From assembly GCA_043228905.1 (NCBI GenBank), contig JBHGNT010000011.1:6324001-6388000 (forward strand): 64,000 bases of DNA, read 5' to 3'. Positions 32,150 through 44,718 of this stretch are shown piece by piece (positions within the stretch are counted from its first letter, which is position 1; each line of letters starts with the position of its first letter). The notes under the pieces are model-generated. The model did not search any database and had not been told where the DNA came from. It saw only the letters and a program-made list of their open reading frames with translations. The translations under genes and the position numbers were made by a program. Origin of the DNA: Azolla caroliniana. Taxonomy: Eukaryota; Plantae; Polypodiophyta.

Positions 32150-33168
32150 AGTCTAAAGGGTTTGAACCTATTGCTCCTAAGGCCGATGGCAGTGTGGAAA
32201 CTGTTGATGTTGTTGCGTGTTTAGAGGGCCCCATCTTGAAAGTTGACGTAGCAATTGACACAAATGATCTGCTCACGCAAGTAGATCAAGCATGTTGCAC
32301 AGATGATCTAATTTTGCAGGTAGATGCAACATGTGATATCAGTGGGCTGATAACGACCAGAGAAGTATCTACATGCACAGAGGCAATGCCAGGACCGATG
32401 ACACGACCGACTATACAAGAGCAAAACAATGTGAAGCCATGCCCAATGACTACACAAGGGCAAAACAAGGTGAAGCTAGACCCAATGACACAGTCGACAA
32501 GGGGTTTGAAGAGGAAAAGGACACCAATTGTGTCAACAGAACCTGAGTTAATTGAAATTGATCGTGTGCTACCAATACTTGGTGTAACAGAGGCTCAGTT
32601 GCAGGAATGGAAATCTAAACCATTAGAAGACAAAAGAAGAGCGTTGATCTTGGAGCTTGATAAAGTCCTGATGAGTGTGCGATATATGACACCAAGGAGG
32701 GATGCGAATCATTTTCCAGAGTGTGTTGTGCAATACTTTGATTTGTTTATTTGGAGTGAAAAACCACATTCAGATGTTTGGAAGTGTGTAGAAAGATTCT
32801 TCCCAAAGTGGCGACAACACTTCAAGGGTCAATTGACACGAGAAAGATGTGAGCACCAAGATATTGCAAGATTCAAAAGACTTTCTGATTTTTGGCATAC
32901 TTGGCCTGAATATAATGCCGACAATACGTTGATTGTGGATGCAGAACATTTCCGACATTACTACAACCTTCGCATATGTTATCTCGTTGTACCCGATGAA
33001 ATGCCTAATAACTACTTGGTGAAAACATTAAGCTGCCAACTAACTGCATGGTTGTGGACACCATACCAAGCTCAGTATGCAAATCACATATGTAGAGAAG
33101 TTCCACTGACCAGCAAGAGCTTAGCTATTTATAGCCGCTTTGTAGACATTGTCAATGGTGTATTATAA
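32150..33168 (+). CDS. FCP1/NIF-like HAD phosphatase-domain protein (catalytic motif degenerate)
   Basis: RALILELDKVL (DxDxT position), RRDANHFPECVVQYFDLFIWS and FKRLSDFW..YNADNTLIVD match FCP1-homology motifs. The frame is open. Confidence 0.65.
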
Positions 33169-33490
33169 ATATGTAATTTGATGACATATGTAATTTTTAA
33201 ATAGCTAATTAATTTTTGATTTCATGCTGCTAGTTCTCAGAATGGCAAACTATTTGAACTTGTACATGGTTCACTTGAGAGTAAAACTACCATTGCCAAA
33301 ATGTATTCCAGCCAGTATAACCGTCATATGCACATTGAACATACACTAAAACTGAAAGTTCCAATAAGTAAACTGACTATAATCAATACACATTTAACAT
33401 ACACGATTTTATTAAGAAACAAGAACAGAAAAAGACTCGCAAACGATTTTGTTAAACTGTTTTTTTTGCAATACAACTACTTTGTCCACT

Positions 33491-36400
33491 TTATAAATTC
33501 CATGGCATGTTGTTGTAAATACATTCATACACATTAGCACTAATTGTGCATAAATCGGAGCAGCTATTGTATTGCGACATCGGGACGACCAAATGAGAGT
33601 ACATGGACACTACTAGTTTTTCTTCTAAAAGCCTATACACATAATCGTAATCATCTAGTCTTGCATAAAAAATACCTTCAATGTAGAATGTCCCAACAGA
33701 TACAAAATTTTCCCAAACATCTACAATATTCTGCTTTGCACATTGTTTACGAACCATGCACTTCAATATATAGAAATCAACACCCTCTGAATTGTCTTCT
33801 TCTGCATTTACAGCCAAATTATCCCCAACGTTTATGACATCACTCAGAGTATCTCCACGACCATTATATGTGAAGTCAGCATTGTTTTCTGTTTCTCCAT
33901 CCGCTTGTTCCTTATCATTCAATGTATGGTACTCCCAATTCTAAATATATGCTTTGTTTAAACAATACCTCCAATTTCCCTGCACACAATGGAAGCAAAA
34001 ACAAGTTAATTCTCTAACCGCAATACAATGACCATCCAACCTAGAATAACCCCGAACAACATGGCGAGATCGCAATTCACGTTTGATATCTCGAACCTGC
34101 GAGGAATAAACACTAGTTGCACTCGTTGACATATTAACTCTTAAAAATTCGACTACATGTGTTGCATAATTCATATGCACACCATCTACCTTTAGTTGTT
34201 CATGGGTAAGTGCCCGCTTTATAACTACACTTGCTCCACCATGTTCACCTTTACCATGGCTAGACCCAAAAAAATTCTATCTCATCTCCAAACCTATTAC
34301 AGAAGGATACCTCCCAACAAAATAAAATGGACGTCTAGCCTTGATTTGTGACGCAGCTCCGTCAAACCAGACCCAATGTTGAGTAAGCTCCAAACGTTGA
34401 CATAATAACCATTGCCAATGTAACTTAAAACAATGTTGGATAAACAAGGTATCATGCTTCTTATCATCAGAAATTAAAAAATGAATTACTTTCTTAACAT
34501 CACTTGAAACTCGATAATATGTTGTGCACAAAAATGGTTACTTGCATTGAACAACAATGCATGGATTGAATTTCATTTTGCTGCTTGAAAGTATAATTCT
34601 CTACGAAATCTACTACTGAGCTACATCATTTGGAAAATCAGATATGCAAGTCTTAAGTTGATGAGCTTGCCATGAATAAATGAAGTTGTGTTTAATGAAC
34701 TTTCCTAGAGATACTATAAATAGAGACGTCGAATCCCTTGGTTTAAGCGACTTCCTAACTAGATCCTTTCGTTTACACACCTTTCCTTCGAAATTGGTGT
34801 CCACAAACTCAAATAACTTGATAGAGATTAATATTTCACTACTAAACTCTTTTGGACACCACCTAAATTTACGATGGCCACAATCTTGACATAAACCCAT
34901 GACACATTTAAGACTGTGGAAGATAGCCTTAGATTCTCTCAGACACAATACTGAATCTAAAAGACCACTCATGGAAGAGATAACATGCTCTGATAATTTA
35001 CAGTGCTCTTGTAAGCTAGATCGACAAATTGGGCACTCACAAGTGCAGACTGCATCCTCTAGGGAGGAGCTATGGTGACGTACTAGATTAACAAAGTTCT
35101 TGAGAAAACCCATTTGTACATAGTAAATGCAACAACATGTGTATCGATCCTTTAAGCGTATCACAAAGTGTGGCTTAAGAAACTCGAATGTTCGTAGTTG
35201 AACTTTGATATTTGGATGCATTCGTCTGAACCTAATAAATAAATCAACTTGCATAATAAAAAGGAAGTCTAGTGAGTATCAAAAATGCGCCTTGATGTAG
35301 CTAGTTAGATATAGTGCGGTAGCTGATTAGCTATGATCATACTCTTGTAGTAGCTAATTAGCTATTAAGAGTAGCTAATTAGCTTCCTTAATAGCTAATT
35401 AGCTCGTGACATAGCTAGTTAGCTATTGCTAGTAGCTAATTAGCAACCTTAATAGCTAATTAGCTCTTGACATAGCTAACTAGATATTGCCAATAGCTAA
35501 TTAGCTATTAAGAGTAGCTAATTAGCTATTGATAATAGCTAAGTTGATAAGTGCTAAGTTTACTATTGGCAATACCTAAATAGTTATTACCAGTAGCTAG
35601 TTAGCTATGGTCATATTCTGAGGTAGCTAATTAGTTGGTAATAGCTTAGTTTGGTATTGGTAATACCTATTTAGCTATTACCAGTAGCTAGTTATCTATG
35701 GTCATATTCTGAGTTAGCTAATTAGATATTGTGGTAGCTAATTAGCTATGGTCATATTTGAGATAGTTAATTAGCTATTGTGGTAGGTAATTAGCTAATA
35801 ATAGTTAAGTTAGCTATTGTCAATCGCTATTTCGCTATTACCAGTAGCTAGTTAGCTATGGTCATATTCTAAGATAGCTAATTAGCTATTGTTGTAGCTA
35901 ATTAGCTGATAATAGCTAAGTTGGCTATTTAGAATTGCTATTTAGCTATTACCAGTGGCTAGTTAGCTATGATCATATTCTGAGTTAGTTAATTAGCTAT
36001 TACGGTAGCTAATTAGCTTATAATAGCTAAGTTTAGTATTGGCAATAGCTATTTAGCTATTACCAGTAGCTAGTTAACTATGGTCATATTCTGAGGTAAC
36101 TAATTAGCTATTGTGGTAGCTAACTAGCTGATAATAGCTAAGTTAGCTACATATTGTCAATCGCTATTTAGCTATTACCAATAGCTAGTTAGATCTGGTC
36201 ATATTCTGAGGTAGCTAATTAGATATGGTCATATTCTAAGATAGCTAATTAGGTATTGTGGTAGCTAATTAGGTGATAATAGCTAAGTTAGCTATTGTCA
36301 ATCGCTATTTAGCTATTACCAGTAGCTAGTTAGATCTGGTCATATTCTAAGGTAGCTAATTAGCTAACTAACTAAGCTTAAAAATCAAAACAAAAGTTGA

Positions 36401-37079
36401 GATAAATGTAAATACCTGAGGTACATCAAGAAGATGAATTGGATGCTCCTCGTATTGACTCCTTCCAACAAGTTTCCTACATAAATCCTTCTTATTGGGT
36501 GAAACCCTACTCTCATTAGTCCAAAATATGGTGATTATATCCTTGATTTCTGATGTTATGGGTGTCATTGGCTTACATCTTGTTGTTAGCTTTCACAAAC
36601 TAGTTCCTTCTCCACTTGAAATTATCTGGTTCATGGTATTGTACACAGTTTTTCTACTAACACCAATTACCTAGCACACTGATGTTAAGATCGTCAACAT
36701 CACTTTTAAGTAACATCATTAGACTAGACCTTTTTAAGACAATATCATCTTCTGACCTACTCATGGATACGAAACTATTACGGAGATTATTTTCTAGTAC
36801 TCATGTTATGTTTGCATTAAGACCATCACAATCAACTAACTCCTTTATTGATGGATCATTTAATATTCCATAAAGTATTACTGTCTTGTCTTCATTGTTG
36901 ATGTGCTTGGTTTGAACATTGAAATAGTCTACAACCTTTCTCTTTATGATAGTAGTCTCATTACTTCCATTCTCAGTGGTATTCATACCTATATTGCAAC
37001 CAATGTTATCCTTACCTTTAGTGAATGTGGCTTTCGTATCCTTCAACAATTGACGATGTTTCCCTTTTTTTCTGCCCAA
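33491..37079 (-). pseudogene. Spliced DDD transposase, Sola2-like
   Basis: FWTNESRVSP, LKPHFV...TCCC, Cys clusters, DF.ENY, ISDDKKHD, WVWFDGAASQIK, FF.S.HGKGEH and RELTCFCFHC. Several stops and frameshifts. The superfamily is assigned from motif recall only. Confidence 0.75.
35295..36375. repeat. AGCTAATTAGCT array filling the transposase intron
   Basis: Lies between the minus-strand donor (CAG|GTATTT, 36415) and the resumption VDLFIRF at ~35250. Confidence 0.9.
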
Positions 37080-37429
37080 TACTTTCGTATCGCTTGTTGT
37101 GTCCTGATAGCGTCATCCCTATCCTGATAATCCATAAGGGGTATTGGTAAACACCCTCCTTCCCCTTCCAGTTGGCTTCACATATTCATTAGTAAATTTC
37201 CACACAAAAAAGACACGTAGCTAGTTACTAAGCCACATGCAAACCGGTTATTCACAAGAGTGATCCCACCATTGGTAAGTTTATGTTTGTTGCAGCGGAG
37301 TGATAGCTACTCAACCTTCGTCGGGAATGAGCTAAGATGACTATGGGCAACAGCAATACACAAAATTATTCCACAATACACAAGATTATACCCAACAATA
37401 CACAAGATAATCAACAAATGGAACAATTC

Positions 37430-37780
37430 TTGCAATCCAGGACTGAACAGTGGCGGCAATTGAGTGTAGAATGGCGGCAATGGAGGAGTGAACTCCGCCG
37501 GATCGAATAGTGGCGACAATCCAGGACCGAACAATGGCAACAACTAAGTGTAGAATGGCGGAAGTGGAGGAGGAGTGAACTCCGTCGGAACAAACAGTGG
37601 TGGAAATCCAGGACCGAATAGTGGCGGCAACTAAGTGTAGAATGGTGGCAATGGAGTGAACTCCGTTAGATCGAACAGTGGCAGATGATGCTTGGAACGT
37701 AGAGTGGTGCCAACTGAGTGTAGAATGGCGATAGTGAAGGAGGAGTGAACTCTATCGGATCGAACAATGGCAGCAATCCA
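37430..37780. repeat. GC-rich tandem repeat, about four ~85-bp units
   Basis: Recurring AGTGTAGAATGGCGGCAATGGAGGAGTGAACTCCG..GGATCGAACAGTGGC. Reads Pro-rich on the minus strand. Confidence 0.85.
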
Positions 37781-38927
37781 CATTTATGGTGCACATTTAT
37801 GGTGCTCATTTATATAATTAAAACATTCTAATGTTTTCATTCATGGTGCAAAAAATGACTATTTATCATTGGTAGCTTTTTGCATAGCCAATTAGCTATG
37901 TCCTTGACATAGCTAATTGTTTCCACTCGCATGCTTTCACCCGAGAAGACTTGGGTTGAGATAGCCTTAGGTTGGATTGAAGACAAATCGGGGATAGTTG
38001 ATTCAGTTAACGAAGGAGACGAATCGAAAACAGTCGATTCAATCAAGAAGAATGATTCGGACGAGTCAAATCATATGAAGGCCAAACGGATGTGGAGGCA
38101 GCCGAAGCCGACGCCGATACGGAGGAGCCGACGGGTCAAGGGGTGCCAATTCCGTACACAGACTAGACGACTAGTCAGATCGAGGAGCGAGGGACCGAAC
38201 AGGTCGTGGAGCGCGAGCCAAGAGGCAAGCTGGCAAGAGCCAAGGCGAAGAACCGGCAGAGAAAAACAAGGAATCTCAAGTTGAGCTTGAGGTTGAGTGT
38301 TGAGAGACAAGTTCAACATGAGCCGGATCAGCTGAAGAAGCCGACAACCAAGTCAATGTTACCGGCCGGCAAAGGAGTCCAGAGTGTAAAACGGAGGAGT
38401 TAATTAATTATTAGGAATGGTTGTAAGTAATCTATTAGTGTGGACGGACGAACCGAGATCGGTATGCCGTACCGGATCCGGACCGATCCCGAACAGGTGC
38501 GGATGACACCGTTTTGTATTACATACCGGAAACCTATTTAAAGGCCCGGATACAATGTAATGAACAACGGATAATTAATAAAGATTAGTGTTTTTATCTC
38601 TGTGTGTTAATTGTCGTTATGCATTCATTGTTAGATCTTACACGTGTGATTATTAAGGAAGATCTTGCTAAGTAACCTAATTAAGTCGGATTAATCGTTG
38701 ATCCTAATTCCCTTGCCGTAACACCCCTTTGGTGAAGTGTCTTCCGTAGACACCCTGTGTTAGGCCATTGTCTGGCCCTAAGAGTTAACACAGTTTTTGG
38801 CGACCACGATTCCTATTTTTGCAGCGAACGACGGCACGAATGGATGACTAGATCAACGCACGACCTGGTTACGGATTGAACTCGACGCCTTGCCGAAAGG
38901 CAAAGGAGACGTGAGGCTTTCCAGTAA

Positions 38928-41900
38928 GTGGCGCAGGAAATTAGAGCGGATCGCTCGTTTTCCAACGTAATCCGGAGAGTAGCGGAGGAGTCCCTCTGGT
39001 TACAGCAAACATCGCACCCGGACGACGGTAGCAGCCTAAGTAGCCTCCGGGAAACCGAATCCCTTCTCCAGGCGTTGGCAAGCGGAGAAGGCGAAGCAGA
39101 AGCCTTTTCAGCGTATGAATCGGATTCCGAAGGGGAATACAGCGTGCACACGAACTACCGTAGCAGCAACGAAACCCCGGGCGGACCGGAGGACGAAGGA
39201 TCGGACACCTTACCGACACCGGAACCAGAAGTGCTAAGGCTGGAACCTCTGGAACCAGCTGAGGAAGAGCGACCTCCGACACCGGAAGTCAAGAAGGAGA
39301 GGCCTCCGTCACCAAAAGAAGAGGAAAGACCACCAACGCCAGAAACAAATCAGGAAAGACCACCGACGCCGGAGAAAAACCAGGAACGACCACCAACACC
39401 ACCAGCCCGCGCACCGATACCGGACAACGACATGCCGTTCCAGTACTCCAAGTATAGAGATGATCCGGATGCGGAAGCTCATGTTCACGCCTTTGAACAG
39501 ACATGGGAAGCAAACCATGTGTCCCAGCGATTGACCCCGGAGGAAGAGGAACGCTCGAAGATAGTGGAATTTGGTGTCACATTGGAAGGACCGGCAGCAA
39601 GATGGCGCCGGATGCAGGACCCGTCTACCATCACCACCTTCGCAGATTTAAAAGCTAAATTCTTGCATTCTTTCCAAAAGGAGGTGGACTAGACAGTAAT
39701 GGTGGGCTTATTTTATACCATCCGATAGGAGGCAGGGGAGAGCATTCCCTAGTTTGTCATCCGGTTTCAACGGATGCATAGTCAGCTTGCTCGAGCACCC
39801 TCGGAGGAGGAATTACGGACTATATTCCTAAATGCGCTCCGGGAAGCCCTACGCACGGTTTGCACGGTAATTGACTTCCACACAAGTACCATCGACCAGG
39901 TCATTGACCGGGTGAGAGAGATGGAAAAGACAAGCTCCTGGCTTACACTAGGAGCACTCCAACGGGCGTTACTGTCCGATGAAGACCTCCGGTTTCGGCA
40001 AGCAATACAGTGCACAACCTTCTTGAATTCCGGACACTCGGCACTAGAATGCACTATGAGGACGCAATGTATAATCTGTCAATCCAAGGGCCATACGACG
40101 GATAGGTGTGAGTATAATCTATTGAACCGGCAAGCACCGCCCGTCCGACAAATAGAGCCACGCAGCAGCCGGGATGAAGAAGAGGAACGCTGGCGGCGAA
40201 TGTACCGCGACCGACCGGCACAGGATTTTCGGTATGGCGATCGATGGGAGAATGATGTCTGGTACGGTGATCGGCGGGATAACTACGACCGGCATGATAG
40301 ATATGATCGGTACCAGGATTACAATAGACGATACGAACATTACGACCGGGAGCACTCCCCCGGGTATCGGCAACAACGACAGGAATACGGCAGATATAAC
40401 GACCAACCTCGTCAAGAGTACCGCAATAAGAAGAACTATAACAAAAAACGGCATTTCAAAAAAGGAGGCTACCCACGAGATCCGGAACAAGGAGCTTCAA
40501 GCAGCCAACCGGCCCAAAACCCCGCGCTTACCACAGGACCGGCCTCGGGTACAACAAACAATGCTGAATCCAACAATACCCAGAAAACCTACTACTACTA
40601 CTGCCGACAGTAAATATGGTAGTCCCTAAAGTGGCAGATCTGCAGCAGGTGACCACAAGGTCGAAGGGCATGGCCAAGGAATGGGAGACGCAGGAGACCA
40701 TCCGGAAGCAAGCGACGGAATGGGTGAAGAAAGCAAATGAGCAAAATGTCACAGACTTACAGCGACAAAAGGAGAACACCGTAGGGCTTGCCGACGGCAG
40801 TCACTCTGACAACGAGACATGGCAGGTGTTGCAAGAATGCCAGATTACGCTGCCACTAGGAAGACTCCTACAGCTCGTGCCGAGATTCACGGAAGGACTG
40901 AAGACAGCCATGACGGGAGGAGAATCATCACCGGCACCGGTACTCTTCTCGAATCCGGAGGAGGGACCAACGGTGGTGGACACCAACAGTCCGGTAATTA
41001 CTGCCATTGTAAAAGGGAAAGAACTCCCCGGCACAGTAATAGACGGAGGCTCCGGGGTGAATGTAATAAGCCTCCGGACGTGTGATGCCTTGGGAATCCA
41101 CGAGTGGGAGCCGTGTCCGTTCTGGTTACGGATGGCCGATACAAGCTCAATGCGGCCGACAAGATTAATACGAAAATTAGAAGTCACCGTTGGTGGTCAT
41201 ACATTTCACATCTCGGCAGTAGTGCTACAATTACAGGCACAAGGCGCATACCCGCTATTGCTGGGGCGGCCTTGGTTGAAAACGGCACATATCAAATAGA
41301 ATTGGAGGAAAAATATAATTACCTTCCGGCGAGGAAAAGCCAAGGTACGGGTACCAACACAGCCAAGGACGAGCACTGGCAAGGAATGTACACCGTTGTA
41401 TGCAGAGTGTGTCAACATGCTAGAAGGGTTAGCTGACGAAGAAGAAGCTCAGTACTTGCAGGAAAACCCGAAGATCGTAACCCTCTTCGAAATTGACATT
41501 GCCGAAGCAGTAGCACCATACTTACCGCAGCCGGAAGAGACTGAAGCAGAACCGGATAAAGACGCAATCCGAGAGTTACGGCAAGCGCAGGAAGCGTTGG
41601 AACAGGAAATGGCCGTTTCACAGCGCGTAAAAGCGTCGCAACTTGAAGAGGTGAACCTAGGGACCACGAACGAAGCAAAACCGGTGCACATCGCCAAGGA
41701 GATGAAGTACGAAGACAAAACGACGATGATCACACTTCTCATGGAATTTCGCGACGTGTTCGCCTGGTCATACGAAGACATGCGAGGGCTCGACCCTCAG
41801 TTATACCAGCATCAGATTAACTTGAGCAAGGAAGCAAAACCAATGGCACAAAGACGGTACCGAATGAATCCCAATTATGCCGCCAAAGTCAAGGAGGAAA

Positions 41901-44337
41901 TCGACAAACTGCTAAGAGTTGGCTTTATCCGTCCGGTAAAGAAAGCGACATGGCTGAGCCCGATCGTAGTCGTACCGAAGAAGAACGGAAAAATTCGAGT
42001 TTCTGTGGACTACCGGAAACTCAATGCGGCTACGGTAACGAATGTGTTTCCACTTCCATTCACAGATGGAGTGTTGGATGCTATCGCCGGCCATGAGGTC
42101 TATAGCTTTCTAGACGGATTCAGCGAGTACAATCAGCGAAGTGTGTATTTGGTGTGTCTAGTGGAACCTTACTAGGACATATTGTGAGCCAGGAAGGCAT
42201 TGCAGTCGACCCAGACAAAGTGAAAGCCATATTAGAAGCACCGGCTCCGGCAACGGCAAAGGCATTGAGCCGGTTCTTAGGCCAGATCCGGTGGCACAGC
42301 CGGATGCTCCGATACTTGGCCGACCTAGCTACACCGTTGCATGCCGTCGTACATCGAACACCATTCCAGTAGACCGACACCGAGGATAGGGCGTATAGGG
42401 CCCTCAAGGTACTATTGTCGCAAGCACCGGTAGTGCAGCCTCCGGATTGGAGTAAAGAATTTCATGTGTTCGTGGACGCCTCCGACATCGCAATCGGAAG
42501 CGTACTGATGCAGCTTACGGAGCCAAAGTGGTACCGGCCAGTGTACTTTGCCAGCCGAAAGCTATCCAAGGTGGAACGGAACTACTCTACAACGGAACAG
42601 GAAGCTCTAGGGATGATCTACAGTGTGACAAAGTTTCGGCATTATTTATTGGGAAGGAAGTTTTCCTTCCATGTAGATCATTCAACACTCCTCTACCTGG
42701 TGTCCAAGGCGTCACTCACTGGTAAATTGGCCCGGTGGACCTTACTGTTACTGGAATTCGAGTTCGAAATATTCCACCGACCCGGTATACAGCATGTCGT
42801 AGCGGATTATTTAAGCCGATTAGAGTCCGGAGAGACGGGCGACGGAGTAGCGGACGAGTTTCCGGATGCGAAGCTGTTTCGAGTCACTACGGAAACGGTA
42901 GCAGATGAGACGGTGACATAGGAAGACAAGTGGCTCACAAATATGCACCAGTTTCTGAGCATAGGACTGCCTCCGGAAGAGATGAACCGGAACGAAAGGA
43001 AACGCCTGGCGGTGCAAAGCCGACATTTCTGCTTACTGCGAGACACACTTTACCACAAGGGTGCGGACGGCATATGGAGACGGGCTGTGCGCAGCGATGA
43101 AAAGGATCTCATACTGAGGGAAGCCCATTGCGGAGTTGCCGGAGGTCACTATGCCGGAGATGCGATGGCCAGGAAAATATGGCAAAGTGGCCTATGGTGG
43201 CTAACTACATTAAGAGATGTTGTACGGTACGCAAAAGAATGTGACCTATGCCAGCGAATGGGCCAGCCAACGGAGCAGGCTAGGATGCCACACCAGCCTG
43301 TACTACCACTCGAACCATTCCAAAAGTGGGGGTTGGACTTTGTTGGACCGTTCAAACCACCGGCAATGAGAACAGGTAATCGGTACGTCATCGTCGCGAC
43401 GAATTATTGCACGAAATGGGTGGAGGCCAAAGCCTTAAGAGACAACACCGCTGCGTCAACAACAAAATTTCTATACGAATACATCTAGTGCCGTTACGGA
43501 TGCCCAATCGAATTAATAAGTGACCATGGGGGGCACTTTCTCGGCCAAGTAGTTGAAAGCCTGACGACATTCTATGTCGTTGTCCATAAACGGAGCACAC
43601 CATACTATCCGCAAGCAAACGGGTTAGTTGAATCGACGAACAAAATGCTCCAGAATATCCTCCAGAAGATCGTCAACGAAAACCGAACGGATTGGGATAC
43701 CAAGCTACATAGCGCGCTTTGGGCATACCGGACAGCATATAAAACGAGCATCCGAACAACACCGTTTCGGTTAGCGTTCGGACTAGAGGTGGTAATGCCA
43801 GTGGAATTCCAAGTGCCCAGCTTACGGATCCAGCTACATGAACGGTTGAACGAGAAGGAGTCGGAGGCAATACGGTTAACAACGCTATGTGAACTCGAGG
43901 AACAACGACTGGCAAGCATCCTACACTTAGAATTGGAACAACGGTGACGGAAAGCATTTGTCAACCGGCACAGGAAAGGAAATGAAAAAATGTTCGCAAT
44001 CGGCAAGCCGATGTTAGTATTTCAGACCCGGATGGGCAAGATGTCGGGTAAACTACGGTTTAGATGGACCGGCCCGTATTGGCTGACACATGAGTATAAT
44101 GGGTCCTACCAGTTGGGGACGCTTGCCGGCGAAGTGCTAGGCAAATGGGTCAACGGATTCCGATTGAAGCCATATAGAGGACCGATGCCCCAAAACCCAT
44201 TTGAGCAAAGGACCGACACCGGTGCGGAAACGGCAACCTATGAGGGAAACGGCAACCACCAAGACGGCAGAGATGGCGAGTCGGTAACTGGGGAGAATGA
44301 GGCCGGTAAGGGTCCGATGGGACCAACGGACAAGTAA
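38928..44337 (+). pseudogene. Element D gag-pol (many stops, RT core deleted)
   Basis: Gag with zinc knuckles, protease IDGGSGVN, RT start WLSPIVVVPKK/SFLDGF, RNase H VDAS and integrase HCG..GH/CDLC/GLDF/GPY. No MPFGL/YxDD segment. Confidence 0.9.
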
Positions 44338-44718
44338 CCTCACACCACATTAAAATTTATCAAAAAAAAAAACAAAAAAAAAGCGAAGTAATCATGCAAA
44401 AGCGAGGTATGAATGGACGAAAGAGCGAGGAGCGAAAAGGTACGTAATGGGCATTTAAGCGCCACCACAGGACATAATGCTATTTTAGTACACGACGTGC
44501 ACACACTCGAAAAAGGCGCCAGAATGCACAGAGAAAAACCATTGCGCGTGGAGACCCTCTAATTTCGCAAACCCAGGAGCACAGAAGCACCAAGGCGCTG
44601 GAAGATCATCAGACGAGAACCTACGCACAGAGAACCCCCGCATTCTGAACTCTCTCTCTCTCAATCTCACTCTCATCACCATCCAACCTCGCCACCACAA
44701 TCTGACCTCGACACAGAC

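Noticed and set aside
37430-37780. CRISPR-like array (also considered for 26822-26984 and 59492-59852)
   Set aside because: The units are tandem without unique spacers, there are no cas genes, and the context is eukaryotic.
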